This document shows, piece by piece, positions 1-10,259 of a stretch of 64,000 nt of DNA. Under the pieces are notes generated by a model that worked only from the letters and a program-made list of their open reading frames with translations, searched no databases and was not told the DNA's origin. Every line of letters begins with the position of its first letter. The first letter of the stretch is position 1. The stretch spans positions 5,142,295 through 5,206,294 of the forward strand of contig OZ223236.1 of NCBI GenBank assembly GCA_965140445.1, read 5' to 3'. The DNA comes from Candidatus Ozemobacteraceae bacterium. Its GTDB lineage: Bacteria > Muiribacteriota > Ozemobacteria > Ozemobacterales > Ozemobacteraceae. Both the position numbers and the translations under genes were made by a program.

Positions 1-2236
1 GAACAAATTTTGCTACATGCAGTTCTTCAATGTCATTCATCGTTTCATTAAAAATCCGAGAAAGACTACCAAACTCGTCATTCCCCATATCTTTTACTTT
101 ATAGTCAAAGCGCCGATCTTTGAGAGCTTTAACACCTTGTTGTAACTCTCCAATTGGAATAAGAATGATTCTAGACAGCAATAGACCAAGTGAAACTGAG
201 ATAAGAAAACTTACCAGACCAAAACTTGTAAACATTTGCAATTTTTGCTTAACTTCTCTCTTTATTTTATCGGTAGGGAACAGTCCAAGAAGTTTTACCC
301 CAGCGAGATTAACACACTTGATCCCCATCATTATGTGTTCCTCGCCCCCCCAGGTACAGGTCTCAAGTTTTCTGCCATTTTGTTTTCCTAGAAGATTAAC
401 AAAAACCTCCATACTCTGATCAAAAGTCGCGCTTTTTGGATAAATATCCCCATGATCTTTAAAAATAGCAAAAACCTTTATTCCGAGCACATTTCTGTTT
501 ATGTTTATCAGATTTCTTTTCACAAAAAGGCGCTCTAATTGCATCGAGTTCCAAACATACAAAAGCGTATAATCAAAGATATTTTTCGGCCCACTAGTAT
601 GGAACACTTTCACAAATGAGGGGAACATTTTTGCGCCAAATCCCCACTTCCAAAACCTGTCTATAGCATCAAAATAGTCCTGCAAAACAAAGTGTGGGCT
701 CTTTTGCCCCATGGCATCCACGATCATCTCAAACTCAGTCTGATCCTTCTTGCCAATAGGCTTTCGATTTAGTCTGTTCAACAAGTATCTGCCAACTTTA
801 CCCAGTGTAATTACCTGGGTTTGCACATTTGGAGACCGTGAAAAATAAGAGTTTCTCTCAGAAACAATTTTGGACCCATCCATAATTCCCATTGGGTAGC
901 CAACACGTTCAGTAGATGATCCGACAAGAAAAAACTTAAATGGAGCCGGATCTTGAAGCCTGATAAATGCATTTAATGTTTTTGAAGAAATTCCATCTTC
1001 CCGAAGATCTCGATTAAGCCTACCAAAACTAGACTCAAGCTTTTTCAGTTGATAAGTTTTTTCATTCAAACCTAGTGCATCAACATGCTGTAGAAAAAGC
1101 ATTCCTCGATTAAAAGATTCTTCTTTTAAAGAGATTTCATAGTCATTTAAATAATCAATTGAAAGAGCCGCCAATATGGTCATTGGGATAGAGTTTGAAA
1201 GAATAAAAAGGGTCACAAGTTGAACTCTAATACTCAAACGTGGCTTGTGACCAAGAACAATAATTGAATAGCTAAAGCACCCAATAAATATCAAGATGCA
1301 AAATAAAAGGGCTAAAGCCCATTTGGTCCAGTATGGCCAAAAGCTTCTTTCAACCATTTCTTTTGAAACTGAACCAATTGCCAATTTATCATCAGCAAGA
1401 TACATTGGGAAAAAATAATTTGAATCCTTTTCAATATAGTTTATAAAGCTATATTTCAAATTTTCTCCAATTGAACCAATTATTGGAACCAGAGATAAGT
1501 CAGTACTCTGCGTTTTCCCACCCTGCTTAATTGAAAGAGAAAAATCCAACCCTTCCTCAGCACGAATCTTTTCCCAATTCTCAATTGCATAATCAATTGC
1601 CAGGCTACGCTCAATTTCTGAGGGGTGGATAAAAATAAATAATCCCGCTGCCTTACTAATTTTGACCCAGGAGAGCGGCATGTTACCTGAACTATCGGCG
1701 ATAATCAAAACAGGATTATCTCGAGTGCAGCAAAATGGAATTCTTCCTGTTGAAAATTGTGGACCAAAAATTTCCAACAAATTTAAGTATTCTGCTTTTG
1801 GAATTTCTCCAAACTCCTTGTATTCTTCAGATACTGTCAATTTATAAATAGTTTGATTTGCCAGCTCCAAATTTCCTTTGCGCCTCTTCCAATCAAAATT
1901 TGAGGAAAATGGGTTGCCAGTTGGATCAAAAATTACATAGTGACATTTCAAATTATATTCTTCGATAAAAGCTTCCAAGCTATCTTTAAGACTCTTTAAG
2001 CCCCCAGAACCGTCGAATATGTTAGTAAATTGCTTACAAACAAACGTATTTGAATCGCTGGAAGCTCTTAAAGACTCAAGTTTTCCCCAAATGCCTTCAG
2101 AATATGAAACAATATTTTTTTCTTTAGCCAAATTTGAAAAATACAACTTCCCAACATATAAAAAAGTTATTGGGGCAGAAAGAATAAAAAACATGAATAA
2201 AAGCCAGTATTGGCTTAACGATTTATTAGTTTTCAT
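1..2236 (-). CDS. Membrane HAMP-domain protein, probably SpoIIE/PP2C phosphatase; runs off the window edge (partial)
   Basis: Not in the ORF track. ATG at 2236 overlaps the stop of the upstream paralogue and reads MKTNKSLSQYWLLFMFF. The window edge reads GVKALKDRRFDYKVKDMGNDEFGSLSRIFNETMNDIEELHVAKFV, a HAMP matching the paralogue's HAMP just before its SpoIIE domain. I read the ends and spot-checked the middle rather than translating the whole frame. Confidence 0.8.
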   Translation of the reverse strand, partial: MKTNKSLSQYWLLFMFFILSAPITFLYVGKLYFSNLAKEKNIVSYSEGIWGKLESLRASSDSNTFVCKQFTNIFDGSGGLKSLKDSLEAFIEEYNLKCHYVIFDPTGNPFSSNFDWKRRKGNLELANQTIYKLTVSEEYKEFGEIPKAEYLNLLEIFGPQFSTGRIPFCCTRDNPVLIIADSSGNMPLSWVKISKAAGLFIFIHPSEIERSLAIDYAIENWEKIRAEEGLDFSLSIKQGGKTQSTDLSLVPIIGSIGENLKYSFINYIEKDSNYFFPMYLADDKLAIGSVSKEMVERSFWPYWTKWALALLFCILIFIGCFSYSIIVLGHKPRLSIRVQLVTLFILSNSIPMTILAALSIDYLNDYEISLKEESFNRGMLFLQHVDALGLNEKTYQLKKLESSFGRLNRDLREDGISSKTLNAFIRLQDPAPFKFFLVGSSTERVGYPMGIMDGSKIVSERNSYFSRSPNVQTQVITLGKVGRYLLNRLNRKPIGKKDQTEFEMIVDAMGQKSPHFVLQDYFDAIDRFWKWGFGAKMFPSFVKVFHTSGPKNIFDYTLLYVWNSMQLERLFVKRNLININRNVLGIKVFAIFKDHGDIYPKSATFDQSMEVFVNLLGKQNGRKLETCTWGGEEHIMMGIKCVNLAGVKLLGLFPTDKIKREVKQKLQMFTSFGLVSFLISVSLGLLLSRIILIPIGELQQGVKALKDRRFDYKVKDMGNDEFGSLSRIFNETMNDIEELHVAKFV

Positions 2237-5141
2237 CGTCAAACCTCAAAATCAGCATACTTACATCGTCGTCCAGAATTCCTCCCCAGTCAGAACACAC
2301 ATCGACCATCCTTCCGAAATACTCAGATAAATCCCTTGAGTAGCAGGTTTTAATTAAATGCTCAAATCTTTTAAAACCAAACAGTTCTCCATAAGCATTT
2401 TTTGCTTCTATAAAGCCGTCAGAATAAAGGAAAAGCAGGTCGCCAGATCCTAATTGGTTTTGTAGTTCAGAGTAAAAATCCCGATAGTTTTTGCCTAGAG
2501 GAAGACCGCCAGCTTTAACATATTCAAGAACTCCGTTTTTTCGCAGAATAATTGGAAAACAATGCCCAGCACTGCTAACTGAAAACTCTCCAGTTTCCGT
2601 ATCAAGTAAAATACACTGGCAAGTCATCATTCGATTCCAGCCTTGCTCTTTTAAGTGCTTCAACAAATGGTTTCCTTGAATAAGAACGTCAGCTGCCTTT
2701 TCAACTATTTTATCTTCATTACAAATACTCACCACGGCTTTCATCATTGCCATAATTAAGGCCGCAGGAACTCCATGGCCAGCAACGTCCCCAAAAACAA
2801 TTCCAAGCTTTTTATCAGAGACAGAAAAATAATCGAAGTAATCTCCCCCCATCCTGCTCATAAATTCTGATTTTGCAAATATGCTGGCCTTGCCACTTGT
2901 CACATTTTCTTTAGGCAACAAGCTTTCTTGAATGGCACCAGCCAAAGCAAGCTCACCCATCCCCTCCATAGTTTCATTTAAAGCGCGGATTAAATCACCA
3001 AACTCATCCTGGGAATCATAACCAATCCGATGACGAAAATTTCTCTCTGAAATCTCTTTGATACCATCTTTAATGTGAGAAAGGGGCACAAAAAAGCTCT
3101 TGGAGAAGAACCATACAATGAAGAAAATAAAAATAAACCCACCTGCTCCAACAACAAAAAAACTAATCTTTAAAGTTCCAATTTGCCCCTCTACGAGATC
3201 TCTTGGATAAATATAAACCAAAGATGCTTCTGACAATTTATTGCCCATCAGCGAGCTGGCAATGTAGTTCTTTCCATCAACGACAATATCATCTTCATAA
3301 ATATTTTTCCTCGTCATAGTTCTATGAAGAATCTTACGCAAATCAGATTGATTGTTTAGAGAAGTTGGAAAAATCTGTTCAGTAGTTTTTTCCATCGCAA
3401 TAATTTTTCCAGGAGCAAGAGCCTTGTTTGCTCTTTCCATCTCCATTTCAAAAAATGCCCGCTGAAAAGACTCAAATTCCCAGGAAACAATTGCCATACC
3501 CCAGTTTGAAAATGTTTTCTGTTGCCCAACCAGACTTAGATATGTCCATCTCTTAGAAGAACCAAAATTTTGAATACTAATCTTCTTTAAGCAATCAAGA
3601 ACACCGTTAAGCACTGTTATCTCAGAGGAAAAGCCTGCAAAACTTGTTCCTTCTCGCATATCATTTTTCTCTGAATGATTGAAGTAATCCAATACCTTTG
3701 CAAAAAAATCATTTAATAAGTCCGAATGCAACGGGTCAATGTTTTTGCCGGTACAAAAAACCTTTTTTCCACCAACTTTAAATAACGCAGATTCACTTGG
3801 CTCGAAGCCCTCAATCAATTTTTTAAATTCACCTATGACTTCATCGCTCCAAACCTTTTTCCCAAATTGTTTGTTTCTCTTAAAAATGAAATCGTTAAGC
3901 TTGCGTGAAATATTATTTCCAGTGTCAGAATATCGAATATCAAATTCACGTAAAACCGTTGCCCCATCCAAATGAACACTATTAATAAGCGTTTTTCGTT
4001 TGTAATGGAAGAATTCATACCCCGTGGAAACAAGAATAATTAAAGGAAGAATATTTGCAAAAATAAACAATAAAAGCATTTTTCCACGAACGGTCAATAC
4101 CCATCCACGCTTTCGCAGAAAAAAACAATATGCAATAAAGCCTAAAACAATAACTTTCGCCAAACCTGAAACAATTAGTTTATTTCTATGCTGTGCAACG
4201 CTGGCTAGATTTCCATTTTTTGCCAGATAGCTGAAAACCAGTATCTTTGGAGAAACCTGGCGAAATAACAAAAAGAAATTTTTGCTTTCAAGAAATGAAT
4301 AAGAGGAATTTACAAATTTCTGAGCCTCAATTTTTATTTCAATGGCCTGCTGCTCTGAAACATCTAACCCAAACCCCTTCATATCCAGCAAATTAAAATA
4401 GCCAAGCTTTTGGGGATTTTTTCGCCTGTTAAAGGATTTGATGAGATTTCTCAGTCCAATGTTAGAATTTTTGTATGCGTCACCAATAAAAGCTGCAATT
4501 GTAAAATTCTTACCCCTCTGATACCAGAAAAAGCTCTTGTCAGGTTTTTCACTAATAGCTATGGTGCTTCCAAGATATCCTTTCTTCAAAGGGTTTTCCA
4601 TTATGTCTTCTACAAGGAACTGCCCAAAATAACCTCGCAAAATTGCCATCTTTTGAACAAGATATGTGATTCTACCAGGTGCGGGTGGAAAAACAGTTTC
4701 ACAATGCTCTGATAGTTTTTGAAAAGCCTTAAAAGCAACTTTCATTACATATTTGAATCTTTTCTCATCCGTAAGTTCTTTGAGCAATTCCCCAGTGTTC
4801 TTCCAAACAAAAAATTGAATATTACCTTTAAAGCTTTTCTTAAAAGCCTTAACCATTCTTTCAATTGAAAGATCAGGATTGGATGATTTATCCGCAGCTA
4901 AAAAGTTCTTTTGGAGCAAAACGTGGAGATATCTTCTATCATCATGAAGATTTACCAATTGGTCTAAACTATCGCTCATTTGTTCCTGATAATTCTGAAC
5001 CAAATTCTCTCTTTTAATTTCGTAATGACTATTAACCGCAATAGAAAGAAGCATAAGAGGTAAAATCGCGCCATAGGCTAAACGAGCCAATATAAGAAAA
5101 ATTCTACTCGCCACCTTACCCCTCCTTAGATTTGGATACAT
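2226..5141 (-). CDS. Membrane sensor with HAMP and SpoIIE/PP2C (RsbU-like) phosphatase domains
   Basis: 971 aa; several TM segments; HAMP (DEFGDLIRALNET); PP2C motifs GGDYFD, GDVAGHG, SAGH, YSDG, DDVS. Confidence 0.9.
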   Translation of the reverse strand: MYPNLRRGKVASRIFLILARLAYGAILPLMLLSIAVNSHYEIKRENLVQNYQEQMSDSLDQLVNLHDDRRYLHVLLQKNFLAADKSSNPDLSIERMVKAFKKSFKGNIQFFVWKNTGELLKELTDEKRFKYVMKVAFKAFQKLSEHCETVFPPAPGRITYLVQKMAILRGYFGQFLVEDIMENPLKKGYLGSTIAISEKPDKSFFWYQRGKNFTIAAFIGDAYKNSNIGLRNLIKSFNRRKNPQKLGYFNLLDMKGFGLDVSEQQAIEIKIEAQKFVNSSYSFLESKNFFLLFRQVSPKILVFSYLAKNGNLASVAQHRNKLIVSGLAKVIVLGFIAYCFFLRKRGWVLTVRGKMLLLFIFANILPLIILVSTGYEFFHYKRKTLINSVHLDGATVLREFDIRYSDTGNNISRKLNDFIFKRNKQFGKKVWSDEVIGEFKKLIEGFEPSESALFKVGGKKVFCTGKNIDPLHSDLLNDFFAKVLDYFNHSEKNDMREGTSFAGFSSEITVLNGVLDCLKKISIQNFGSSKRWTYLSLVGQQKTFSNWGMAIVSWEFESFQRAFFEMEMERANKALAPGKIIAMEKTTEQIFPTSLNNQSDLRKILHRTMTRKNIYEDDIVVDGKNYIASSLMGNKLSEASLVYIYPRDLVEGQIGTLKISFFVVGAGGFIFIFFIVWFFSKSFFVPLSHIKDGIKEISERNFRHRIGYDSQDEFGDLIRALNETMEGMGELALAGAIQESLLPKENVTSGKASIFAKSEFMSRMGGDYFDYFSVSDKKLGIVFGDVAGHGVPAALIMAMMKAVVSICNEDKIVEKAADVLIQGNHLLKHLKEQGWNRMMTCQCILLDTETGEFSVSSAGHCFPIILRKNGVLEYVKAGGLPLGKNYRDFYSELQNQLGSGDLLFLYSDGFIEAKNAYGELFGFKRFEHLIKTCYSRDLSEYFGRMVDVCSDWGGILDDDVSMLILRFDDEN

Positions 5142-5246
5142 AAATCATATCAGAACCTACGTAAAAGTGTTAAATACATAACGAGATATAAGCAATTTGT
5201 TTGAATCATAAACAAAATTGTGACACCCTGAAACAAACACTAAATT

Positions 5247-6476
5247 TTGGATAAAAAAATGAATAACACAGCATTATCCGGTAATAAAAAACAGGAACTT
5301 GGTGGCGGTTGTTTAATGCTTTTCGCCCTTCCGTTCTCCATAGCTGGGCTTATTGCACTTTCTTTGGGCCTCGGCATGCTTAAAACATACTTTCAATCTA
5401 AAAACTGGCTAAAAGTTCCGGCCCAGATAAAAAAAGTAAAACTAAAAGAGTCTAGAGGCAGCAAAGGCAAAAGATTATACAAACTGGAGGGAAAATATAC
5501 CTACCAGATTGAAGGCAAGAATTATGTGGGAAACCGAATTTTGCTGGAAAATGGAAGTTCGTCCAATTATCACGAAAAAAAAGACCTTTATAACAAACTA
5601 AGAAAAGCAAAAAAGAAAAAAGAATCATTCCCAATTTTTGTTGATCCTGCGAATCATGAAAGTTCTTTGGTATTTAGAGTAATCACAACAGGGGTAATAT
5701 TGTTAACAGGTATGGGAGGAGTGTTTTCTTCAATTGGGCTTGCAATGTTTTTTGCGGGACTTTTCCAAAAACTAAAAAAGAGCAGGCAGGAAAAAATTCT
5801 AAGACTAAACCCGAATAAACCATGGGTTGCAGATTCAAGATGGAATGGATTCTCAATTGCTACCAACAATAGAACTCAACTGTTCTGGAGTTGGGTATTA
5901 GGCATTTGTTTACCAATGTTTGTATCTATTTTTGTAGTCTTATTATTTAAAGATAAAAACGCCCCGGTTTTTGCATGGTTAATAGTAGGTTTATTTTCTA
6001 TGTTTGCATTAGCACTCTTTGTTCATGCAATATACAAAACTATACAACACCTTAAATATGGGGAATCTTTTGCGGTCCTAAATCAAATCCCTCTACGCCC
6101 TGGTGATGAAGCAAGAATGGCTGTTTTGATTCCAGCAAGATTTAGTGACGGACAAATCATTGATGTTGAAATCTTTTGCGAGAAAAAAACAACAACCGGT
6201 AGTGGAAAGAATTCCACAACACATACCGACAAACTGCACAAAAAGAGCTTCCAGTTAGCAGTTTCCAGCTCAAACCAAAGTAAAAACAGGATTGCCTTAC
6301 CAGTTGAGCTTCAAATTCCTGATACTGCAAGGCCTGACAGCATTGATACAAACCCCTCATTTCAATGGAAATTAGTTCTCAAAGCAGACGTTCCCGGAGT
6401 AGATTACGAGGCAGAATTTCCGCTTCCAGTATTTGAGGTTAAGGATGAGACCCTAATACAAAGGAAATTTGAATAA
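5247..6476 (+). CDS. DUF3592-like membrane protein
   Basis: TM, then WxxVPAxI...Y.Y.IEG..Y.G.R...VDPANHESSL, then further TMs and a beta-rich C-terminus. ATG 5259 is an alternative start. Confidence 0.65.
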   Translation: MDKKMNNTALSGNKKQELGGGCLMLFALPFSIAGLIALSLGLGMLKTYFQSKNWLKVPAQIKKVKLKESRGSKGKRLYKLEGKYTYQIEGKNYVGNRILLENGSSSNYHEKKDLYNKLRKAKKKKESFPIFVDPANHESSLVFRVITTGVILLTGMGGVFSSIGLAMFFAGLFQKLKKSRQEKILRLNPNKPWVADSRWNGFSIATNNRTQLFWSWVLGICLPMFVSIFVVLLFKDKNAPVFAWLIVGLFSMFALALFVHAIYKTIQHLKYGESFAVLNQIPLRPGDEARMAVLIPARFSDGQIIDVEIFCEKKTTTGSGKNSTTHTDKLHKKSFQLAVSSSNQSKNRIALPVELQIPDTARPDSIDTNPSFQWKLVLKADVPGVDYEAEFPLPVFEVKDETLIQRKFE

Positions 6477-6506
6477 TATCAGTTCTGGGCTCTCCATTTT
6501 ATTCGC

Positions 6507-6551
6507 TTGACAGCGAGCCCTCGTTAAATACTTTAATATTAAAAGATTTAA
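6507..6551 (+). promoter_or_regulatory. Sigma70-type promoter overlapped by a probable MarR operator palindrome
   Basis: TTGACA at 6507-6512; TACTTT at 6529-6534; inverted repeat TTAAAT-ac-TTTAAT|ATTAAA-ag-ATTTAA at 6524-6551. Confidence 0.6.
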
Positions 6552-6564
6552 GTGAGGTGTTTAC

Positions 6565-7017
6565 ATGGGCACCCGTCATAAGGGCAAAAAATCAGAAATC
6601 ATGGCTCTCGATACGCTCATAAAGCTCTTAAGGGCTTCAGACAGTGTTGAAAGAGCTCTAAGACCAGAATTTTCGAACTATGGTCTAACGGAAAGTCAAT
6701 TTGGAATTCTAGAAGCGCTTTTTCATCTAGGTCCCTTGTCACAAACAGCTATTGGGAAAAAAATTCTCAAAAGTGGTGGCAATATAACTATGGTTATAGA
6801 CAATCTTGAAAAACGATCTTTAGTAAAAAGACAAAAAAACCTTTCAGATCGTAGAAAAATCAGAGTTGAATTGACTAAAAAAGGGCTTGAACTAATTAAA
6901 GAGATCTTCCCAGCTCACGCTAAGAAAATCGAGTCAGTAATGTCTTGCCTCTCAAAAGAAGAACAAAGAAGCCTCCAGGAGCTTTGTAAAAAGCTTGGAC
7001 ATGGACAAGCTCTATAG
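6565..7017 (+). CDS. MarR-family regulator (MhqR-like)
   Basis: GLTESQFGILEALFHLGPLSQ...GNITMVIDNLEKR...DRR...LTKKG winged helix; SD GAGGTG; adjacent to an azoreductase. Confidence 0.9.
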   Translation: MGTRHKGKKSEIMALDTLIKLLRASDSVERALRPEFSNYGLTESQFGILEALFHLGPLSQTAIGKKILKSGGNITMVIDNLEKRSLVKRQKNLSDRRKIRVELTKKGLELIKEIFPAHAKKIESVMSCLSKEEQRSLQELCKKLGHGQAL

Positions 7018-7039
7018 ATCATTGCAATAGGAGTAAAAA

Positions 7040-7663
7040 GTGAAAAAACTATTACATATCATCGCCTCACCAAGAGGCGCAGATTCCAGAAGTCTGAAAA
7101 TTTCATCTCATCTTGAAAAAAAGTTTTTAAAAGCTTACCCAGATCTAACTGTTGACAGACTTGAACTATTTACTGAAGACATACCGGATCTAAACGTCAT
7201 TCGAGTTAAAGGAAAGTATGTATTGATGGGTGGCGGTAAGTTGTCTGGTAAGGAAAAAGAATCCTGGGAAAAAATTGAAAAGCACATAGAACGTTTTAAA
7301 AAAGCTGATGTGTATATAATTAGCACACCTATGTGGAACTTTGGGATCCCCTATAAGTTAAAGCAATACATAGATGTAATCTTTCAACCAGGATTTATGT
7401 TTACATATACAGAAAATGGGCCTGTAGGGCTCATTACAGATAAGAAACTATATGTTGTTTCTTCCAGAGGAGGAGACTACAGCCCCGAAAGTCCATTTCA
7501 CGCCTATGACCAGCTAGAGCCGTATTTGCGAACAGCCTTTGCATTTATTGGGCTGAAGGACATCTCTTTCATTAACGCTCAACCAATGGACGCAGCTGGC
7601 GAAGATGTTAGAAATAAAAATATAGAAAGCGCTTTTAAACAAATTGATGAAATTTCAATTTAG
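7040..7663 (+). CDS. azoR: FMN-dependent NADH azoreductase
   Basis: SPRG..SRS, PMWNFGIPYKLKQYID, F.YTENGPVGL, SRGG.Y motifs. Confidence 0.92.
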   Translation: MKKLLHIIASPRGADSRSLKISSHLEKKFLKAYPDLTVDRLELFTEDIPDLNVIRVKGKYVLMGGGKLSGKEKESWEKIEKHIERFKKADVYIISTPMWNFGIPYKLKQYIDVIFQPGFMFTYTENGPVGLITDKKLYVVSSRGGDYSPESPFHAYDQLEPYLRTAFAFIGLKDISFINAQPMDAAGEDVRNKNIESAFKQIDEISI

Positions 7664-7701
7664 ACAAAAAAGGAAAATCGCGACTTAAAAGTCGCACTAA
7701 A

Positions 7702-7763
7702 CTAAGAAAAAGCTTGTAAGCATCAAACCTCAACGGCTTTGGTGCTTACAAGCTTTTTCTTAG
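7702..7763. terminator. Long inverted repeat, probable bidirectional terminator
   Basis: CTAAGAAAAAGCTTGTAAGCATCAAA / TTTGGTGCTTACAAGCTTTTTCTTAG: 26-bp arms, one mismatch, 10-nt loop; between convergent genes. Confidence 0.75.
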
Positions 7764-8041
7764 GCAACCCACCCAATAAATCGAGTCTTTTCTCAGTTTT
7801 CCATTGTTATCTGCTTCCCCTCAAGCTCACTTTGCCCTGAAAAAAGTCAACAACCTAGATTAAGCAAGATGAACAACAGCAACTTTTTATTTAAACTGAG
7901 CAAAAAAGAATCAGATTTTTTTGCCTACCTTTAGTATAGCAATATTTCTGCCAAAGTAGTTCTTTTGGGGAAAGTTCTTTTATAAAAAGGAAATTGGGAG
8001 AAAAAACAAAAAAATCTAAGACAAAAAATGCGACAATTTTG

Positions 8042-10168
8042 TCATTCTTTTAAGGCAATCAATTTTCCAATTGAATTCAAAAGATCAATGCGCTGAAATG
8101 GTTTTCCCAAAAAGTCGTCAGGGCTTACCCCGGACCATTTTGCAGGGACCTCTGCGTATCCACTCATCAACACCACAGGCATCTTTGGATCAATTTTTTT
8201 CAACTGTTCTAACGCTTCTAAACCGCCTAGAACAGGCATGTTCATATCAAGAAGAACAAGAGAAATCTTTTCTGAATTAGCAGTAAAAAGCTTTATAGCT
8301 TCCTTTCCATCTGGAGCAGAAATTACTTCATAACCTGCTTTTTTAAGCATTCTTTCAGTCAAAATTCTAACTGATTTTTCGTCGTCGGCAACCAAAATTG
8401 TGCCAGAACAAGGAGCTTCCAAGGGAAGATCAATATCTTTTTTAGGTATAAGTGGGATTTGCTTTTCATCCGGCAAACACGGAAATAGAACATAAAAAGC
8501 AGTACCTACTCCCAACCGGCTTTCAACACGTATCCCACCACCATGACCTCGAACAATGCCAAGAACAGAAGCAAGCCCCAGCCCTCTTCCGGCACCTTTG
8601 GTCGAAAAAAATGGATCAAAAATTCTTTCGATAGTATCTTCGTCCATTCCTTTCCCAGTATCTTCAACCTTTAAAAAAGCATATTTCTTACCAATCAACT
8701 TTTCCTGATCGGTTGCAAGCATGGAGAAAAATTGAAAGTCATAATCCTTTATTCCGGTTGAAATTGTTATTTGTCCAGCTTCATCTTCAAGTGAATCAGA
8801 GGCATTTATAATCAGATTCATGACAATCTGCCTGACCTGCGACAAATCACATTCGATTAACAACAAGTTTTCGTCAAGATTAAACTTTATTTCAGATTTC
8901 TTACTTAAAGAAGCTTTTACAAGAGCGGAAATCTCCTTGATGAGATCATTCAAATTGCATGGTTCAATTACAAACTGACCTTTTCCAGAATAGTTAAGAA
9001 GTTGTTTATTTAAATCTGAAGAACGCATGGCTGCTTTTTGGATTTCCTGCAAACATGAATGAGCCGGGGAATCATTGCTTAGCTCCAAAACCGCGAGTTC
9101 AGCATTTCCCATAATAGTTGCAAGCATATTGTTAAAATCATGCGCCACGCCCCCTGCCATAAGTCCAAGGCTTTCAAGCCGTTGAACATGCTGCAATTGT
9201 GACTCTAGACGTTCTTTTTCAAGTTGAGACTCTTTCCTTATTGTAATGTTCTTAAAAGTCCCCAAAATCCTTGAAGGGGTAAAATTATCTGCCCATTCAA
9301 TAACTCTGCCTCTCTCTTCGACCCAAATCCATTTTCCTGAGAAGTTTTTTAATCGGTATTCAACTTCGTATGCAGGATTTTCTTTAGACAAATTATTCTT
9401 CAAGTATTCTTCAACCCAAAGTCTGTCGTCAGAAAAAGCACAATCTCTAGCCAATTGGCTAAAAGTTACATCCTTATCCTGACCCAAAACGGTATTACAC
9501 CAGTTTGAACTTGCAAAAAGTTTATCTTCCCCAACTTCCCAATCCCAAAATCCATCATTAGTTGATTCCAAAATAAGTTTTAATCGTTCCTGACTGTTTG
9601 AAAGAGCTTCTTTTGAAATTCTAATTTCGTTATACAAAAGGCAGGCTTCAAGTTGCTTTCCGACATATGCGGCGACAAACCTTGCTCGATTAACGTCTAT
9701 GGCAGAATAATCTTTCGCCTGGGATAATTTGTTTATTGCTTGAAAAGCCCCAATAATTTTTCCGACAGAGTCTCTTAAAGGAATGATTAAGAGATTCCTT
9801 GTCCGGTAGCCAGACTGCTCATCAATATTCTTGTTGAAACGTGAATCTGAAAGAGCATCATTTATAACAAGTTCTTCGCCCTTTTTCGTGCTTTGCCCTA
9901 CAACGCCAAGAGTATCAGGAATAATTATCCTCTCATGGACCTTTTCAACCATAGTCCATAGCTGATGGTTACTATGATCACGCACCCAAATGCTACATCT
10001 GTCGGACTGAGTTACTTTTTTTCCAAGTTCAGACAAAAGTAAAAGTTGCTTTTCTATGCTTGATTCGGCAGAAATCTTAGCAACAAAGTTAAATAAAATT
10101 TCAAAAATTTCGTCCGCAGTAATATCTTTTAAAATTTCCATAAATCTTTTTTTCTTGGCGGAAGCCAT
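8042..10168 (-). CDS. Hybrid histidine kinase (GAF-PAS-HisKA-HATPase-REC)
   Basis: GAF (D.RFN..ID..SGYRTRN), PAS/PAC (GFWDW, GKWIWVEERG), H-box GGVAHDFNNML, DPFFSTKG.GRGLGL, receiver (ADDE, LLDMNMP, KPF). Confidence 0.92.
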   Translation of the reverse strand: MASAKKKRFMEILKDITADEIFEILFNFVAKISAESSIEKQLLLLSELGKKVTQSDRCSIWVRDHSNHQLWTMVEKVHERIIIPDTLGVVGQSTKKGEELVINDALSDSRFNKNIDEQSGYRTRNLLIIPLRDSVGKIIGAFQAINKLSQAKDYSAIDVNRARFVAAYVGKQLEACLLYNEIRISKEALSNSQERLKLILESTNDGFWDWEVGEDKLFASSNWCNTVLGQDKDVTFSQLARDCAFSDDRLWVEEYLKNNLSKENPAYEVEYRLKNFSGKWIWVEERGRVIEWADNFTPSRILGTFKNITIRKESQLEKERLESQLQHVQRLESLGLMAGGVAHDFNNMLATIMGNAELAVLELSNDSPAHSCLQEIQKAAMRSSDLNKQLLNYSGKGQFVIEPCNLNDLIKEISALVKASLSKKSEIKFNLDENLLLIECDLSQVRQIVMNLIINASDSLEDEAGQITISTGIKDYDFQFFSMLATDQEKLIGKKYAFLKVEDTGKGMDEDTIERIFDPFFSTKGAGRGLGLASVLGIVRGHGGGIRVESRLGVGTAFYVLFPCLPDEKQIPLIPKKDIDLPLEAPCSGTILVADDEKSVRILTERMLKKAGYEVISAPDGKEAIKLFTANSEKISLVLLDMNMPVLGGLEALEQLKKIDPKMPVVLMSGYAEVPAKWSGVSPDDFLGKPFQRIDLLNSIGKLIALKE

Positions 10169-10259
10169 AACCCTAGCCTATAATTATACATTTACAATAG
10201 CTATTAAACAGTAGATTCTCAAGTAAAATCTAATGATATCTAAATAAACAGGAAATAAA

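Noticed and set aside
120..2330. Short plus-strand ORFs (120-419, 1662-1847, 2019-2330) and other short shadow ORFs across the track
   Set aside because: They lie antisense to or out of frame within well-supported long genes and show no motifs.
7763..7840. c-di-GMP-I riboswitch-like ends (CAGGGCAAA ... GGGTTGCC, minus strand) before a terminator
   Set aside because: Lacks the GAAA tetraloop, GCAAA junction and receptor, and there is no co-oriented downstream gene.
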